Shown: positions 1 through 9,800 of the stretch, in pieces | How positions within the stretch are numbered: position 1 is the stretch's first letter | Layout of the letters: every line of letters starts with the position of its first letter | Source of the DNA: Pseudomonas duriflava | GTDB taxonomy: Bacteria > Pseudomonadota > Gammaproteobacteria > Pseudomonadales > Pseudomonadaceae | Direction: 5' to 3' | Assembly: GCF_007830155.1 (NCBI RefSeq) | Contig: NZ_VLKY01000016.1 | Coordinates: 34,771-74,770, forward strand | Length of the DNA stretch: 40,000 nucleotides | The notes under the pieces: model-generated | Told to the model about the DNA's origin: nothing | Databases searched by the model: none | What the model saw: the letters and a program-made list of their open reading frames with translations, nothing else | Translations under genes and position numbers: made by a program

Positions 1-402
1 AGCAACATAACATCCTTGTATTGGTTGATTGAGAGAGCTATTAATCTCATATTCGTACCTATCGACCTCGCAGGATTAAACTTGAGGACGAGGTGTGTAT
101 TCTTCTCCAATGCCTTGGAAGCGCCGTCTGTAATTGGATAATGCTGCCAGGCAACTACTAGGTGACTGTTGATCAAGTAGCCGGGCAATGCAGATCTTGA
201 TCATGGACCTTGAGCTCGCCTCCGCTGAATCACCAGGTATTTTGGCAAGCAGTATCCCTTTGGCGTGCTGTTGCGCTGAGGGCGAAGCAATGTTCCTAAT
301 GTGGCGCTTTCGTTTCCCAGCGCAGCAGACTGCGCCTGGTATCAGATCTTCGAGGCACTGCCTTTGCTAAGGGTGATTAATGCTTGAGGGCAAACCGAGC
401 CA

Positions 403-1059
403 TTAACCGCCTTTAAGCATTACCTGCGTGACAACATCCTTGAGTGCCTTGTACGGTATCTGGGGATATTTTGAAAAAGCCCAGATAAGCGACTCGTAAT
501 AGCCAATAGCGGCCAGCCTATGGGAGGCTTCCCTATAACGTGCATCGCCCGCATGAAGGGCTCGTAGTAAGCGGCTTGCACCCTCAATGGCCGAGCAAAC
601 ACTGACTAGCAGGGAGTCGTGCTGCATTTCGGCCAAATGGTCCATAAGTAGGCCTGAATCCACTGGCTCAGGATTGCCTTGCCTGGGCATGAGCAAACCG
701 CATTCCAGCACAATGCGCAGCACGCGGTTGCCAAACTGACGATGAATGCGCGAGACATGGGCGGGCTGACGCAAACGTACATGACCCAGGAGCAGGGCCG
801 CGATGACCTGTTCTTCATCACCGCCGTTTTCCATCACCAGCGCCGCGGTACCCATGGCCTGCGCCAGCTCCTGTTCTCCTTTGGTATGAGCTGCTACAGC
901 CTGCGCAAACGCAATGAAAAGATTGCCAGTGCCGTAGGTGGAGTTGCTGTTCTTCATCACTGTACTGCTCAAGATTGTTGCTTCCTGCCGTTGCGTTAAG
1001 TCAAACGATATGTATCCTGAGGCGACACGTCTATCGTGTAGACATGCACAGGTAAACAA
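403..1059 (-). CDS. Hypothetical protein with a remote, catalytically degenerate HD_4 (RelA/SpoT-type hydrolase)-like layout. The true start is probably the internal ATG at 957 (MKNSNSTYG...).
   Basis: 218-aa ORF divergent from the WYL regulator gene. The segment AAHTKGEQ...AALVMENGGDEEQVIAALLLGHV has the spacing of the H..Q...H..VA....AALLHDv HD_4 pattern, but the HD dyad is replaced by GH. No strong SD precedes either candidate start. Confidence 0.4.
   Translation of the reverse strand: MFTCACLHDRRVASGYISFDLTQRQEATILSSTVMKNSNSTYGTGNLFIAFAQAVAAHTKGEQELAQAMGTAALVMENGGDEEQVIAALLLGHVRLRQPAHVSRIHRQFGNRVLRIVLECGLLMPRQGNPEPVDSGLLMDHLAEMQHDSLLVSVCSAIEGASRLLRALHAGDARYREASHRLAAIGYYESLIWAFSKYPQIPYKALKDVVTQVMLKGG
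1029..1043. promoter_or_regulatory. Short palindrome GTCTA-TCGTG-TAGAC in the divergent promoter region; candidate operator for the WYL regulator.
   Basis: Perfect 5-bp inverted arms with a 5-bp spacer, about 35 nt upstream of the regulator start. A second pair, ACGATA (1004-1009) / TATCGT (1032-1037), overlaps it. The arms are short, so this could be chance. Confidence 0.2.
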
Positions 1060-1076
1060 TTCGTACAGATGAGGAA

Positions 1077-1949
1077 GTGATGAAAAGGCAACAATCCCTG
1101 GACCAGATCCGCTGGGACCTGGCCCTGCGGTATCGACTGATCGAAACCATTGCCTGGTGGGAGGGCCGCCTGACCACAGGGCACCTGATGCAGAGCTTTG
1201 GTATCAGTCGGCAGCAGGCGTCAAAGGATATCAATACCTACCTGACCGAGCATGCGCCCGGTAACCTTACATATGATCGGCATTTGAAGGGCTACAAGCC
1301 CTCGAAAACGTTCAGGCCACGGTTTATTGATGGCAGTGCTGGCGCCTACCTGCACATGGTCAACCAGAACCGTGAGAAGGCGCCGCATATCAGCGGCCTG
1401 GCGGTCGCCTATTCCCACGTCGAGCAGCTTGATGTACCCGACCGGACCATTCGTCCCGAGGTGCTCAGGCCCATCCTCAAGGCCTGCCGGGAAGGGCTGA
1501 GGCTGGAAACCGAGTATGTGTCCATGTCGGCTCCGACTCGAGAAATCCGGGTCATGGCGCCCCATACCCTGGTCTATGATGGGCTGCGTTGGCATGTCCG
1601 GGCCTACTGTGAGAAGAACAGGGGCTACCGTGACTTTGTGCTTAGCCGCTTTCGGGGCGAGCCGGATCTGATGGACCCCACCGAGCATGGTCAAAGCGAG
1701 GACGAAGGCTGGAATACCGAGCTTGAGGTCATCATTGCACCAGACACCCGCTTAAGCGATGAGCAAAAGGAGATTATCGAAGCCGACTTTGGTATGGAAA
1801 AGGGACGTCTGGTTATTCCGACCCGAGGGGCACTGGTACCTTATGTTCTCAAGCGCTACCAGCTAAGCACCGATAGCATTGCGGCCAATGCGGTCGCCCA
1901 ACTGATCTATGTGGTAAACCGGGAAGAGCTGAAAAAGTGGATCATTTGA
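1077..1949 (+). CDS. WYL-domain transcriptional regulator, BrxR/CapW-like (wHTH-WYL-C-terminal extension).
   Basis: SD GAGGAA at 1071-1076; the ATG at 1080 is the likelier start. N-terminal HTH-like segment RYRLIETIAWWEGRLTTGHLMQSFGISRQQASKDINTY. Central WYL-type motif HTLVYDGLRWHVRAYCEKNRGYRDFVLSRF. At about 290 aa and at the head of defence genes, it matches the BrxR/CapW family architecture. Confidence 0.8.
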   Translation: MMKRQQSLDQIRWDLALRYRLIETIAWWEGRLTTGHLMQSFGISRQQASKDINTYLTEHAPGNLTYDRHLKGYKPSKTFRPRFIDGSAGAYLHMVNQNREKAPHISGLAVAYSHVEQLDVPDRTIRPEVLRPILKACREGLRLETEYVSMSAPTREIRVMAPHTLVYDGLRWHVRAYCEKNRGYRDFVLSRFRGEPDLMDPTEHGQSEDEGWNTELEVIIAPDTRLSDEQKEIIEADFGMEKGRLVIPTRGALVPYVLKRYQLSTDSIAANAVAQLIYVVNREELKKWII

Positions 1950-2489
1950 AAGAGGCTAGAGGGTTTTGTAAGACGGCTAATGGTATCTGGCCGACATGTG
2001 GCTCGATCAAGGGGAGATATCTGGCTGCAGACTAGCTGGGAGATTGGCCGGCATGCTCCAGAGCTGCTAGCTTTCTGTATGAGAGATTGTTGTCAATCAA
2101 AACCCGGTTGCACCTGCAGCACCGCTAAGGCCCAGGAAGCTGTCCATTCAGTCTTGTGCCATTGCATCAGCACGGAGGCGGGCAGCTCTACGAGTTCGAG
2201 CGCATGATCGTACTTGACAGCCTCTGACAGCCTTCGATCAGGCCTTGTTAAAACCTTGAAGATGAGCACGTTGCTGCTCTACGTCAGTTACGTTGGTTGC
2301 TTATCCTCTCCAATACCCTTCATCAACTGGCTCCGCCTATCTTGACCTGTAGAGCGATGCTGTTGGCGATCCCATGTTAGCCTCCTTTTACCTGCAGACA
2401 GCTAAAGTCTAGTCGCAGGGCGCCGATATAAAGCCAAACCGGTTCAGGTTGCCAATGGCTAATCCACAAGCCGTTCAAGGAGAGAATAA

Positions 2490-3197
2490 ATGATCAGGAA
2501 ATCGGTAGCAGAACTCGACTTTGTCAACCGTAGATCGCCGTTGCCCACGGTTGAAGTCGACGCTGCCTCTATTGAAGCGGCCGGCTTCAGTATTCATCAC
2601 ACCGTACTGCAGATACTGACCCGGTTGGCTGAGCAGGATAAGTCACTTCGTACCACTCTTTACTTCTATGCCTCTCCAAGCGTCAACTTTCACGAACCGA
2701 GCTTTTCTGAATTCCTTCTGGTTGCAGGTCCTGAAAAGGTTCTATTGGCCCTAGGCTCTGGCTTTAAGCAACTGCCATGCGTGAAGTCTCGATTGAGCGA
2801 TTACGTATCATCAGCCTCTGCTCTGCGAGCGTTTCATGTCCAAGAAGGTCAGGTATGGGAGCCGGAAGATGCCTGCACATGGTATTCCAATAACCAGCGT
2901 CTGGCTGACCTGACCGAAGAGGCCGAGCAGGATACCCTGCCTTTAGAGGAAGACCTGGACGACCAGGAAGACTCGGAGGATACAGAGGATACAGACCCGC
3001 TTGTGACTGCTGCCGAACACAAGGCTGCGCGCTATCGGGCCGCACGCTCTGATGCGAAAGTCAGTAGCATTCGCGCCACCATCGAGGAGGTCTTTGGTTT
3101 GCCGGCAGGCTCGGTTGCTCTCTGCGGTCCGGACAGGCGAGCACTACGCGGTAACGCGCGGATCAGGACGTTGCGTAAACGCTGGGAAGAGAGTTGA
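2490..3197 (+). CDS. Hypothetical protein with a strongly acidic central tract.
   Basis: 235-aa ORF with SD AAGGAG at 2477-2482. Acidic run EEAEQDTLPLEEDLDDQEDSEDTEDTD, followed by a basic C-terminus (RGNARIRTLRKRWEES). It ends 17 nt before the DUF262 gene and is probably co-transcribed. I recognise no catalytic motif. Confidence 0.6.
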   Translation: MIRKSVAELDFVNRRSPLPTVEVDAASIEAAGFSIHHTVLQILTRLAEQDKSLRTTLYFYASPSVNFHEPSFSEFLLVAGPEKVLLALGSGFKQLPCVKSRLSDYVSSASALRAFHVQEGQVWEPEDACTWYSNNQRLADLTEEAEQDTLPLEEDLDDQEDSEDTEDTDPLVTAAEHKAARYRAARSDAKVSSIRATIEEVFGLPAGSVALCGPDRRALRGNARIRTLRKRWEES

Positions 3198-3213
3198 GCA
3201 GGAGCGTCATTAA

Positions 3214-4710
3214 ATGATCCAGGAACATCCGGTACGGGTCAGTACATTGACCTTTGCCGATTTGCTAAAAGCAGGTCAGCCACTGGCACTGGACAGCTAC
3301 CAGCGTGGCTTTGTTTGGAGTCCTGAAAAGCTCCTGCAGTTGACAAGTGATCTTGCTGAGTTTGCAGCACAGCCAGACAAACATCTGCCCTACTATATTG
3401 GTGCAGTATTGCTGCATCATGATGCATGCCAGTCCAGAAGGTTTATCATTGATGGCCAGCAGCGCATTACTGCGCTGTCGTTGCTGTATCACCGTGCTAC
3501 CGGCAGGCTGCCCACAGGCCAGGCACTCAGCTATTCGGGACAGTCCGCGCGGCAAATCCGCAGAGGAATGCAGGCGTTGCAGCAGCAAGCGGCGATTGCA
3601 CGTGAGGTCATTGAACAACTGCGTCTGACTGTAATCGAAGTGGATAACAGCGACCTCGCATTTACCTTTTTCGATACGCAGAACAACCGTGGCGTACCCC
3701 TCCAGGCAACAGACCTGCTCAAGGCCTATCACCTGCGGGCAATCGATCATGCGAATGGCGTAGGCGAACTCAGAGCCACCCTGCAAAAAAACTGCGCCGA
3801 ACGCTGGGAGGCGATGCAGCGGTTGCCCGCAACACTGTCGCCAGGCCAGGATTTTGCTCCCTGCCTGTTCACTCGCTTTCTCTGGCGTGCTCGCCGCTGG
3901 CGCGGTACGCAAACACCAACAGACACACACGAGGCGCTGCTGTCCGAGTTCCAGATCGATACCTGGCACCACGGCGCAGATAGCCGTAGCAGCGTTGACA
4001 GTGTACCGCTCTATGCCAATCGGGTTAATAGACTGGCGACGGCGCTGACTCTGACACGTGACGGAGAGTATGTCTTGCAGGGTAACCAGGTGCGGGTCAG
4101 CCATGATCCGGCAAACCTTCCCATGGCGCTGCGCCAGCCCATTCATGAAGGCGTAGGTTTCTTTCTCTATGCTGACAAGTATGCCGCTTTGCTGCAGAGA
4201 CTGATGAATACTCCCAGGCCCTGCGCCCAGGTGACTGCATTCCGTGCAATTTATCATGAATTGCTGCGCAACAATCAGGAGTATTTGCGTGAGATTTTTA
4301 TACTCTGCACCCTGGTCTATATGGATCAGTTTGACGTCGAGCAGTTGCCTGAATTTGCCCTGCGCTTGGAGTTCCTGCTGGGTGCGATTCGTCTAAAGCA
4401 GCAACTGGTCAGGCAGGAAACGGCGGCCAATTTCTTCAGACACGCCGAACTCAATCTGCTGGATGTGATTGTGCAGAGCTACCACCCGAAACAAGTGCTG
4501 GACTTTCTGAAACGGCGTCAACAGGCCCTGCTACCGCTCTATGCCGAGGAGTCCATTAATGTAGGAAAAGGTGTGCAAGGCCGGTATAAACGAGCTGTTC
4601 TAACGTTCTATCGTGAGCAGGCAGGTTCTGCATGTTCAAGCCTTTCTGCAAAATCGCAATGGCTCGAGGCGTATCTGAAAACTTCTCTGGAAGGTCACGA
4701 TGGGCATTGA
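3214..4710 (+). CDS. DUF262 (ParB/Srx-like NTPase, GmrS-like) protein without a nuclease domain.
   Basis: DUF262 signatures: YQRGFVWSPEKLLQLTSDL, IIDGQQRITALSLL, FFDTQNNRGVPLQATDLLKAYHL. No C-terminal His-Me/DUF1524 motif. The 3' end overlaps the next gene by 11 nt. Confidence 0.85.
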   Translation: MIQEHPVRVSTLTFADLLKAGQPLALDSYQRGFVWSPEKLLQLTSDLAEFAAQPDKHLPYYIGAVLLHHDACQSRRFIIDGQQRITALSLLYHRATGRLPTGQALSYSGQSARQIRRGMQALQQQAAIAREVIEQLRLTVIEVDNSDLAFTFFDTQNNRGVPLQATDLLKAYHLRAIDHANGVGELRATLQKNCAERWEAMQRLPATLSPGQDFAPCLFTRFLWRARRWRGTQTPTDTHEALLSEFQIDTWHHGADSRSSVDSVPLYANRVNRLATALTLTRDGEYVLQGNQVRVSHDPANLPMALRQPIHEGVGFFLYADKYAALLQRLMNTPRPCAQVTAFRAIYHELLRNNQEYLREIFILCTLVYMDQFDVEQLPEFALRLEFLLGAIRLKQQLVRQETAANFFRHAELNLLDVIVQSYHPKQVLDFLKRRQQALLPLYAEESINVGKGVQGRYKRAVLTFYREQAGSACSSLSAKSQWLEAYLKTSLEGHDGH

Positions 4711-6730
4711 GTCTAGTCTCTGCACTTTGGAACAGTTGACCCACAGAGATGATGCCGCGTGGTGTTTTAATGTGCCGATTTATCAACGCCTGTACGTGTG
4801 GGCTGATGATCAGGTCAGAACGCTCTTAACCGACATAGCAAATGCATTCGATCGCCAGGACACCAGTTTTTTCCTGGGAGGTACGCTGTTGGTGGAAAAG
4901 ACCACCCATGAAGACCGAGGCGAGGGCGTCCGCCGCTTCGATCTGATTGACGGACAGCAGCGGTTCACCACTCTGTGGATGCTCAGTACGGTGCCGGTAT
5001 GGCATGAGGTGATGGGCGACTTCAGTAGGGTGCTGCTCAAGGACAGACGGATTCCGCGTCTCCATTTCTCGATCCGCGATGAGGTAAATGGCTTTCTTGC
5101 CAGCATGATGCCGGGTACCAGAGTAACGCCTTCTGAAGCAGTCGATACCCGTAGCATGAGAAAGGCCCAGCAACTGATGGCTTCCTTCGCGCAGACCTAC
5201 AAGCGTGCCGATGGCAAACCGGTAGATGATGAATATCTGAGGGGGCTCGCTGGGTATGTGTACCGCAATGTCTCGCTGGTGCTCACCCAGGTGCCTGAAG
5301 GCATGGACCTAAACAAGCTGTTCGAGGTCATCAACAACCGCGGGGTTCAACTCCAGCATCACGAGATCCTTAAGGCCAGGTTGCTGCATGATATCCCTGT
5401 ACAAGACCGCTCCCGTTGCGCGGCTCTATGGAATGCCTGTGCCGACATGAGCGGCTTTGTCGAGCGTAATCTGTCCTTAGAAGCGCAGTTGGAAGCGCAT
5501 CGGCTGGGAGATCTCTATAATAAGGGACAACTGTTGCATGCCGGTGCCGTGCACAGCTTGCTCGGGCACAATGCCAACACCGAGCAAGGTGATGATAGCG
5601 ATCGTCTGAGCCTAGAGGAAATTGTTAATGCCTCGGCAGGTAATAGCGGTATGGGGAAGACTGTTAACACCAGCGATAGCAGCGAAGCGCCTTGGGCTCG
5701 CAGCATCATTGGTTTTCCACTGTTTCTGCTTCATGTTCTTCGAATCTGGCTAAAAGAGCAGGGGCAGCCAGACCTACCACGTGTGCTGGATCGACAACTG
5801 CTCGCCCTCTTCGAGGCCCATTTGCTGGTGCCAGCGGAGTCTGTGCAGCGTGCAGAGAGGGCCCGAGGCTTTATCGACCTGCTTTGGCGCATTCGCGTAC
5901 TCTGGGATGAGTATGTGATCAAATGGGTCGACCAGGGCAATGAGGAAATACATCAGGTTTGCCACACCTCGATCTCTGCTACTGATAACAGGCGCTATAT
6001 CAATCGCAGCCGGGACACCAACCTACACCAGGGATTATCGCTGCTGCAGAGCATGCTTTACCACTCGCAGGAAATCACTACCCATTACTGGTTGACTCCC
6101 TTTCTGTATTTCATCCACAAGCATGCTAATACCGTGCGCGGTAGCAGTGGTGAGGTCGAGCGTTACTTCGGCTTCTTGTGTCACTTGGATAACCAGTTGC
6201 TGGGCGAGGTGACCGATATTTCGTTAGTTGTGCGTAGTCGTGGATTCATGGACGCCCCTTGGCGGATCGCCGCAGCCCTGCAGTTTGAAACGGCGCTGGT
6301 AGAGGACGATGGCGTCAGGTTTGCGCATTACTGGTTCTACAAGTTGGACTTCGTGCTCTGGTTTGAACAACAAAGTAAGCATGAGCTTTGGGACAACTTT
6401 CGTTTTACCGCCAAGAATTCGGTCGAGCATATTTCGCCGCAGACTCCACAGGCGACCGATACCAATACGGTCTCGAAGACGTGGTTGGACCGCTTTGGCA
6501 ATCTTGCATTGGTCTCTCGGAGTATCAACTCCGAATATGGCAATTTGCCCTTCAACGAAAAGCGTCAGCGATTTATTAATAAGCGAGAGTACGAAAAGCG
6601 GCCTGACTCCCTAAAGATGGACCTGATTTATTCGCACGATAGATGGGGGGAAGCCGCGGCCACTGCTCACCAGTCAGCCATGCTAACGACGCTACGAGAC
6701 CATTATTTAAAGGTTTTTGACTTCAACTAG
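4700..6730 (+). CDS. DUF262-DUF1524 fusion protein (GmrSD / BrxU / SspE-like NTPase-HNH endonuclease).
   Basis: N-terminal YQRLYVWADDQVRTLLTDI, LIDGQQRFTTLWML and FEVINNRGVQLQHHEILKARLL (DUF262). C-terminal NSVEHISPQTP...FGNLALVSRSINSEYGNLPFNEKR (DUF1524 His-Me finger pattern EH..P....GNL.L.....N). Confidence 0.85.
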   Translation: MGIESSLCTLEQLTHRDDAAWCFNVPIYQRLYVWADDQVRTLLTDIANAFDRQDTSFFLGGTLLVEKTTHEDRGEGVRRFDLIDGQQRFTTLWMLSTVPVWHEVMGDFSRVLLKDRRIPRLHFSIRDEVNGFLASMMPGTRVTPSEAVDTRSMRKAQQLMASFAQTYKRADGKPVDDEYLRGLAGYVYRNVSLVLTQVPEGMDLNKLFEVINNRGVQLQHHEILKARLLHDIPVQDRSRCAALWNACADMSGFVERNLSLEAQLEAHRLGDLYNKGQLLHAGAVHSLLGHNANTEQGDDSDRLSLEEIVNASAGNSGMGKTVNTSDSSEAPWARSIIGFPLFLLHVLRIWLKEQGQPDLPRVLDRQLLALFEAHLLVPAESVQRAERARGFIDLLWRIRVLWDEYVIKWVDQGNEEIHQVCHTSISATDNRRYINRSRDTNLHQGLSLLQSMLYHSQEITTHYWLTPFLYFIHKHANTVRGSSGEVERYFGFLCHLDNQLLGEVTDISLVVRSRGFMDAPWRIAAALQFETALVEDDGVRFAHYWFYKLDFVLWFEQQSKHELWDNFRFTAKNSVEHISPQTPQATDTNTVSKTWLDRFGNLALVSRSINSEYGNLPFNEKRQRFINKREYEKRPDSLKMDLIYSHDRWGEAAATAHQSAMLTTLRDHYLKVFDFN

Positions 6731-6879
6731 TATAAGTCGCTTCCTAAGCTTAACGAGGATTGATTCGTTCAAAAGCGATATCATCTGATAGGTCACAATG
6801 TCCGCTTTTAGCGCCTCGATATCTGTTGCATCTTGATCAGTACGGAGGTTTCGCTAGGCAATAAGTAAGGTATGAAGAG

Positions 6880-9800
6880 TTGGCAGAAAAGATACTGGTA
6901 GAGGAAAATATGGACCAAGGGTTAGCGGTCGGTGAGTTAGTTCAGTCTAGTGTCTTTTCTGGCATTGGCAAACTGTCGAAACTGGACCTTGAGAAGGGCC
7001 TAGGCGAGGTTGCCTTCTTCGAATCTCCTTTGAATCCTGAGACCCGTAAGGTTAGAGTAAATCTTGACGACGTTAGGAAAACTCAGTTGTATGAGGAGGC
7101 TATCGTTTATTGTCAAGATCGGGCGACAGGAATATGGCGGCGTGGCCGGTACGGTGGCCCTCGACCTCTGGACCGACATTTAGTGATTTTTCGTGCCGAC
7201 AATAACGATCAAGAAATTGTTGAAATCGACGAAATTTACTGCCTGAACTTAGGTACAAACGGCTTGTTGGATCCTTCGGCCTTTCTAGCTGCTAGATCTA
7301 ACGACGCACCTTACTTTTTTCCTTTGCGCCAGGGTTTTCTTGAGGCTTATATTGAACAGCGGGCGGCGTGCTGTTCCATCGGTGCGATTACCAGCAGTAG
7401 CGTAGAGTTGGAACCGCATCAAATTGCTGTCGTTAGGCGCGTCCTTAAGGACTCATACCCGAAGTACTTGCTAGCGGATGAAGTGGGCTTGGGCAAGACG
7501 ATCGAGGCTGGCCTGATCATCCGTGAGCACGTGCTTCAGAAGAAGTTCGACGCCAATGTTTTAATTGCGGCGCCGGCTTCTCTTGTCACTCAGTGGCATG
7601 AGGAGCTAAAGGGCCGATTTCATCTTGGCGAGTTGATGTCTACAAAACATCGATCGGAACAACTGATTCGAGTATGCAGTCATGAACAGTTGGTGACGGC
7701 TTTGGGGGAAGGCGGCCAGCCTAGCTTGTTTGTCGTTGACGAGATGCATCAATTGGCGCCGTTGGCCTGGTCCTCCGAGCAACTCTCGAATTACCGGTTT
7801 CAGGTGCTGGCGAAGGCCTGCCAGGCAGCTGAGGCGACCCTGTTATTGTCGGGAACCCCGTTGAATGGGAACGAAAGAAATTTCCTGGCGATGCTGCACT
7901 GCTTGAGTCCCGAGGCTTATGAGATCTCGGAAGCGGGGGTTCAGCGTTTCATCGCTCGAGTCAAGGAGCGTGAGTGGCTTGGCGGATTGTATAGCGCACT
8001 GACCCCGGATAACTCGAACGGCGCATTGGAACAAGCACTACAGGATCTGCGGGGGAAGTTCCCTGAGGATCAGGAGTTGCATGAGCGAATCGGCAGTTTG
8101 ATGCCGTTGGTGGATCTCTTCGCGGAGGAGAGCGGCGAGCAGCGCGAGCAACAAATCACAGGCTTGCGGCATTACCTCGGAGAACACTACCGCCTGCATC
8201 AGCGCATGCTTCGTAACCGCCGGGAAATGGGTCATCTCGCGCAGTTGTTTCCAGGATTGGCTGGTTTGCGCCGTCAATACTGGCCGATACAACCACACAG
8301 CATGCCATTGGATCTGTTGTTGGAAGAGTACCGCAGCCAGGCCTGCCGGGATCCTGATGAGTTCCAGGCGATGAGTTCTGGAGAGTACCTGGACTGGGTT
8401 GACGACCTGTTGGGCAGTCCATTGCTGGTAAAGCAGCGGGCCGATAAGTTCGATAGGCAACTGGCGGCGACGCTTGAAGCAACCGAGCGAGAGCTGCTTG
8501 CCGAAATATCCAAGCAGGCCTCACTCGAGCAGGCGTGTAAAGATCGGAGTTTGAGCGCGAGTCTGGAAGATTGGTTGGCCGAAAACCCTAAGGGCAAGGT
8601 GGTTGTTTTCTGCGGTGACGAAGTAGTCGCGGATCATGTTGCCGCTACGCTCGGTGACTCTCTGGCTGTAGGTATAGAGCGCAATGCTTCCGGCCGCGAC
8701 TTGCAGTTCTTGCTTTCGGGCGGCTCTGTGCGGGTATTGGTTTGCGATCAAGGTGGTGAAGATGGTCTTAACCTGCATGGGGGGCAGAAACTCGCCGTGC
8801 ATTACAGCCTACCGAGATCGTTCAGTCGCGTTGAACAACGTCTGGGACGATTGAACCGTTACAGCGCAAATTTGCGTGGCATCAGGCCTGTGGAAAGTTT
8901 GGTTTTGATGTCTGACCATGATGGCTTGTTCCGACGGTGGCTAGATCTGCTTGACACATCGGTAGGTGTATTCAATCAGACGGTGGCCAGTTTGCAGTAC
9001 GTACTGGAGGAGCACCTCGAAAAGACTTGGCAGGCAGTCGCGCGATCCGGCGATGAAGAGTTGCTTGTCTGCGCCAAGCAACTGAGCGGCGAGGGCGGCC
9101 TGCTGGACCGCGAGCGCCGTCGGGTGAAAGTACAGGAAGAATTGCTTGCATTGGACGAGGATGTCGCCAAGGCACGGGACTTCGCCGAAAGAATTTCTGA
9201 GGCGGACGAAATAGCCGAGGAGCAGATTGGCCGCATGTGTGCCTGGATGACGCGCGGCTTGAACTTCAGGCTAGAGGGGGATCTGCAGCAGCAATTCAGG
9301 TTGGGCTTCGGCCTTGACCCCGCTGAGCGTGGCGGTCGTACCCTGGTAGACGTGAAGACCTTTATCGAAGGTTGCATCACGGGTATTGATCCGGAAAGTG
9401 GTAACCCGCCATATACCGCTCCCATGAGTTTCTTGCGGCAGCAGGCTTCAGTTCAATCGGGCGTGTACCCCTTCCGTTACGGTCAGCCGTTCGTGGATTC
9501 CATATATGAACTGGCCGCTGGTGATTCGCGTGGGGCAACCTGCGCATTCTTGCGAATTCTTAATAGCAGTTCACTGCAGGCGCCAAAGATTTTCTTTCAT
9601 TTCAAGTGGTTGGTAACGGCTGCCCGACCGGATTGCACGTATCAGGAACAGGTTATCGCCGATGAGTTACTGGCACCTGCGGTGTATGGCCACTGGATCG
9701 CTGAAGACGGCAGCCTGGTAAAGGCCGAAAGCATATTGAAATCCCTGGAATGGCCTTACAAAAAGCCCGCGGGCGCTATCTTCCAGGATATCAATCTGCG

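Noticed and set aside
1-400. Possible gene remnant at the left edge, including the 60-aa ORF 188-370(+). There is also a minus-strand open frame (about 366 down to 83) without a proper start until a 42-codon tail (MIKICIARLLDQQSPSS...).
   Set aside because: There is no start codon/SD combination, no recognisable motif and an odd amino-acid composition. I cannot support a call. It may be decayed sequence at an island boundary.
1980-2207. 75-aa ORF in the 540-bp gap between the WYL regulator and the acidic-protein gene.
   Set aside because: Cys/Ser/Ala-rich translation, no SD and no motif. The gap is more likely promoter/regulatory DNA for the 2490 operon.
2337-2375. 12-codon minus-strand mini-ORF (MGSPTASLYRSR) preceded by a perfect AAGGAGG SD (2381-2387) with a 5-nt spacer.
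   Set aside because: The SD-ATG geometry is striking, but the peptide is very short and lacks context (no downstream gene to regulate on that strand). I kept it as a curiosity only. Ribosome profiling could revisit it.
3265-4257. 330-aa antisense ORF inside the DUF262 gene. Similar long shadow ORFs include 1221-1694(-), 8038-8460(-), 8976-9425(-), 19798-20283(-) and 35806-36309(-).
   Set aside because: They are fully embedded opposite genes with strong motif support, have low-complexity Arg/Ser/Pro/Cys-rich translations and carry no motifs. These are typical antisense open frames in GC-rich coding DNA.
6731-6879. Candidate sigma70 promoter (TTGATC near 6833) and a 7-bp inverted repeat (AAAAGCG at about 6771 / CGCTTTT at about 6808) upstream of dpdE.
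   Set aside because: The -10 element is poor, and the repeat has a loop of about 27 nt. This is not enough to call a promoter or terminator, and the operon may equally be read through from the upstream DUF262 genes.
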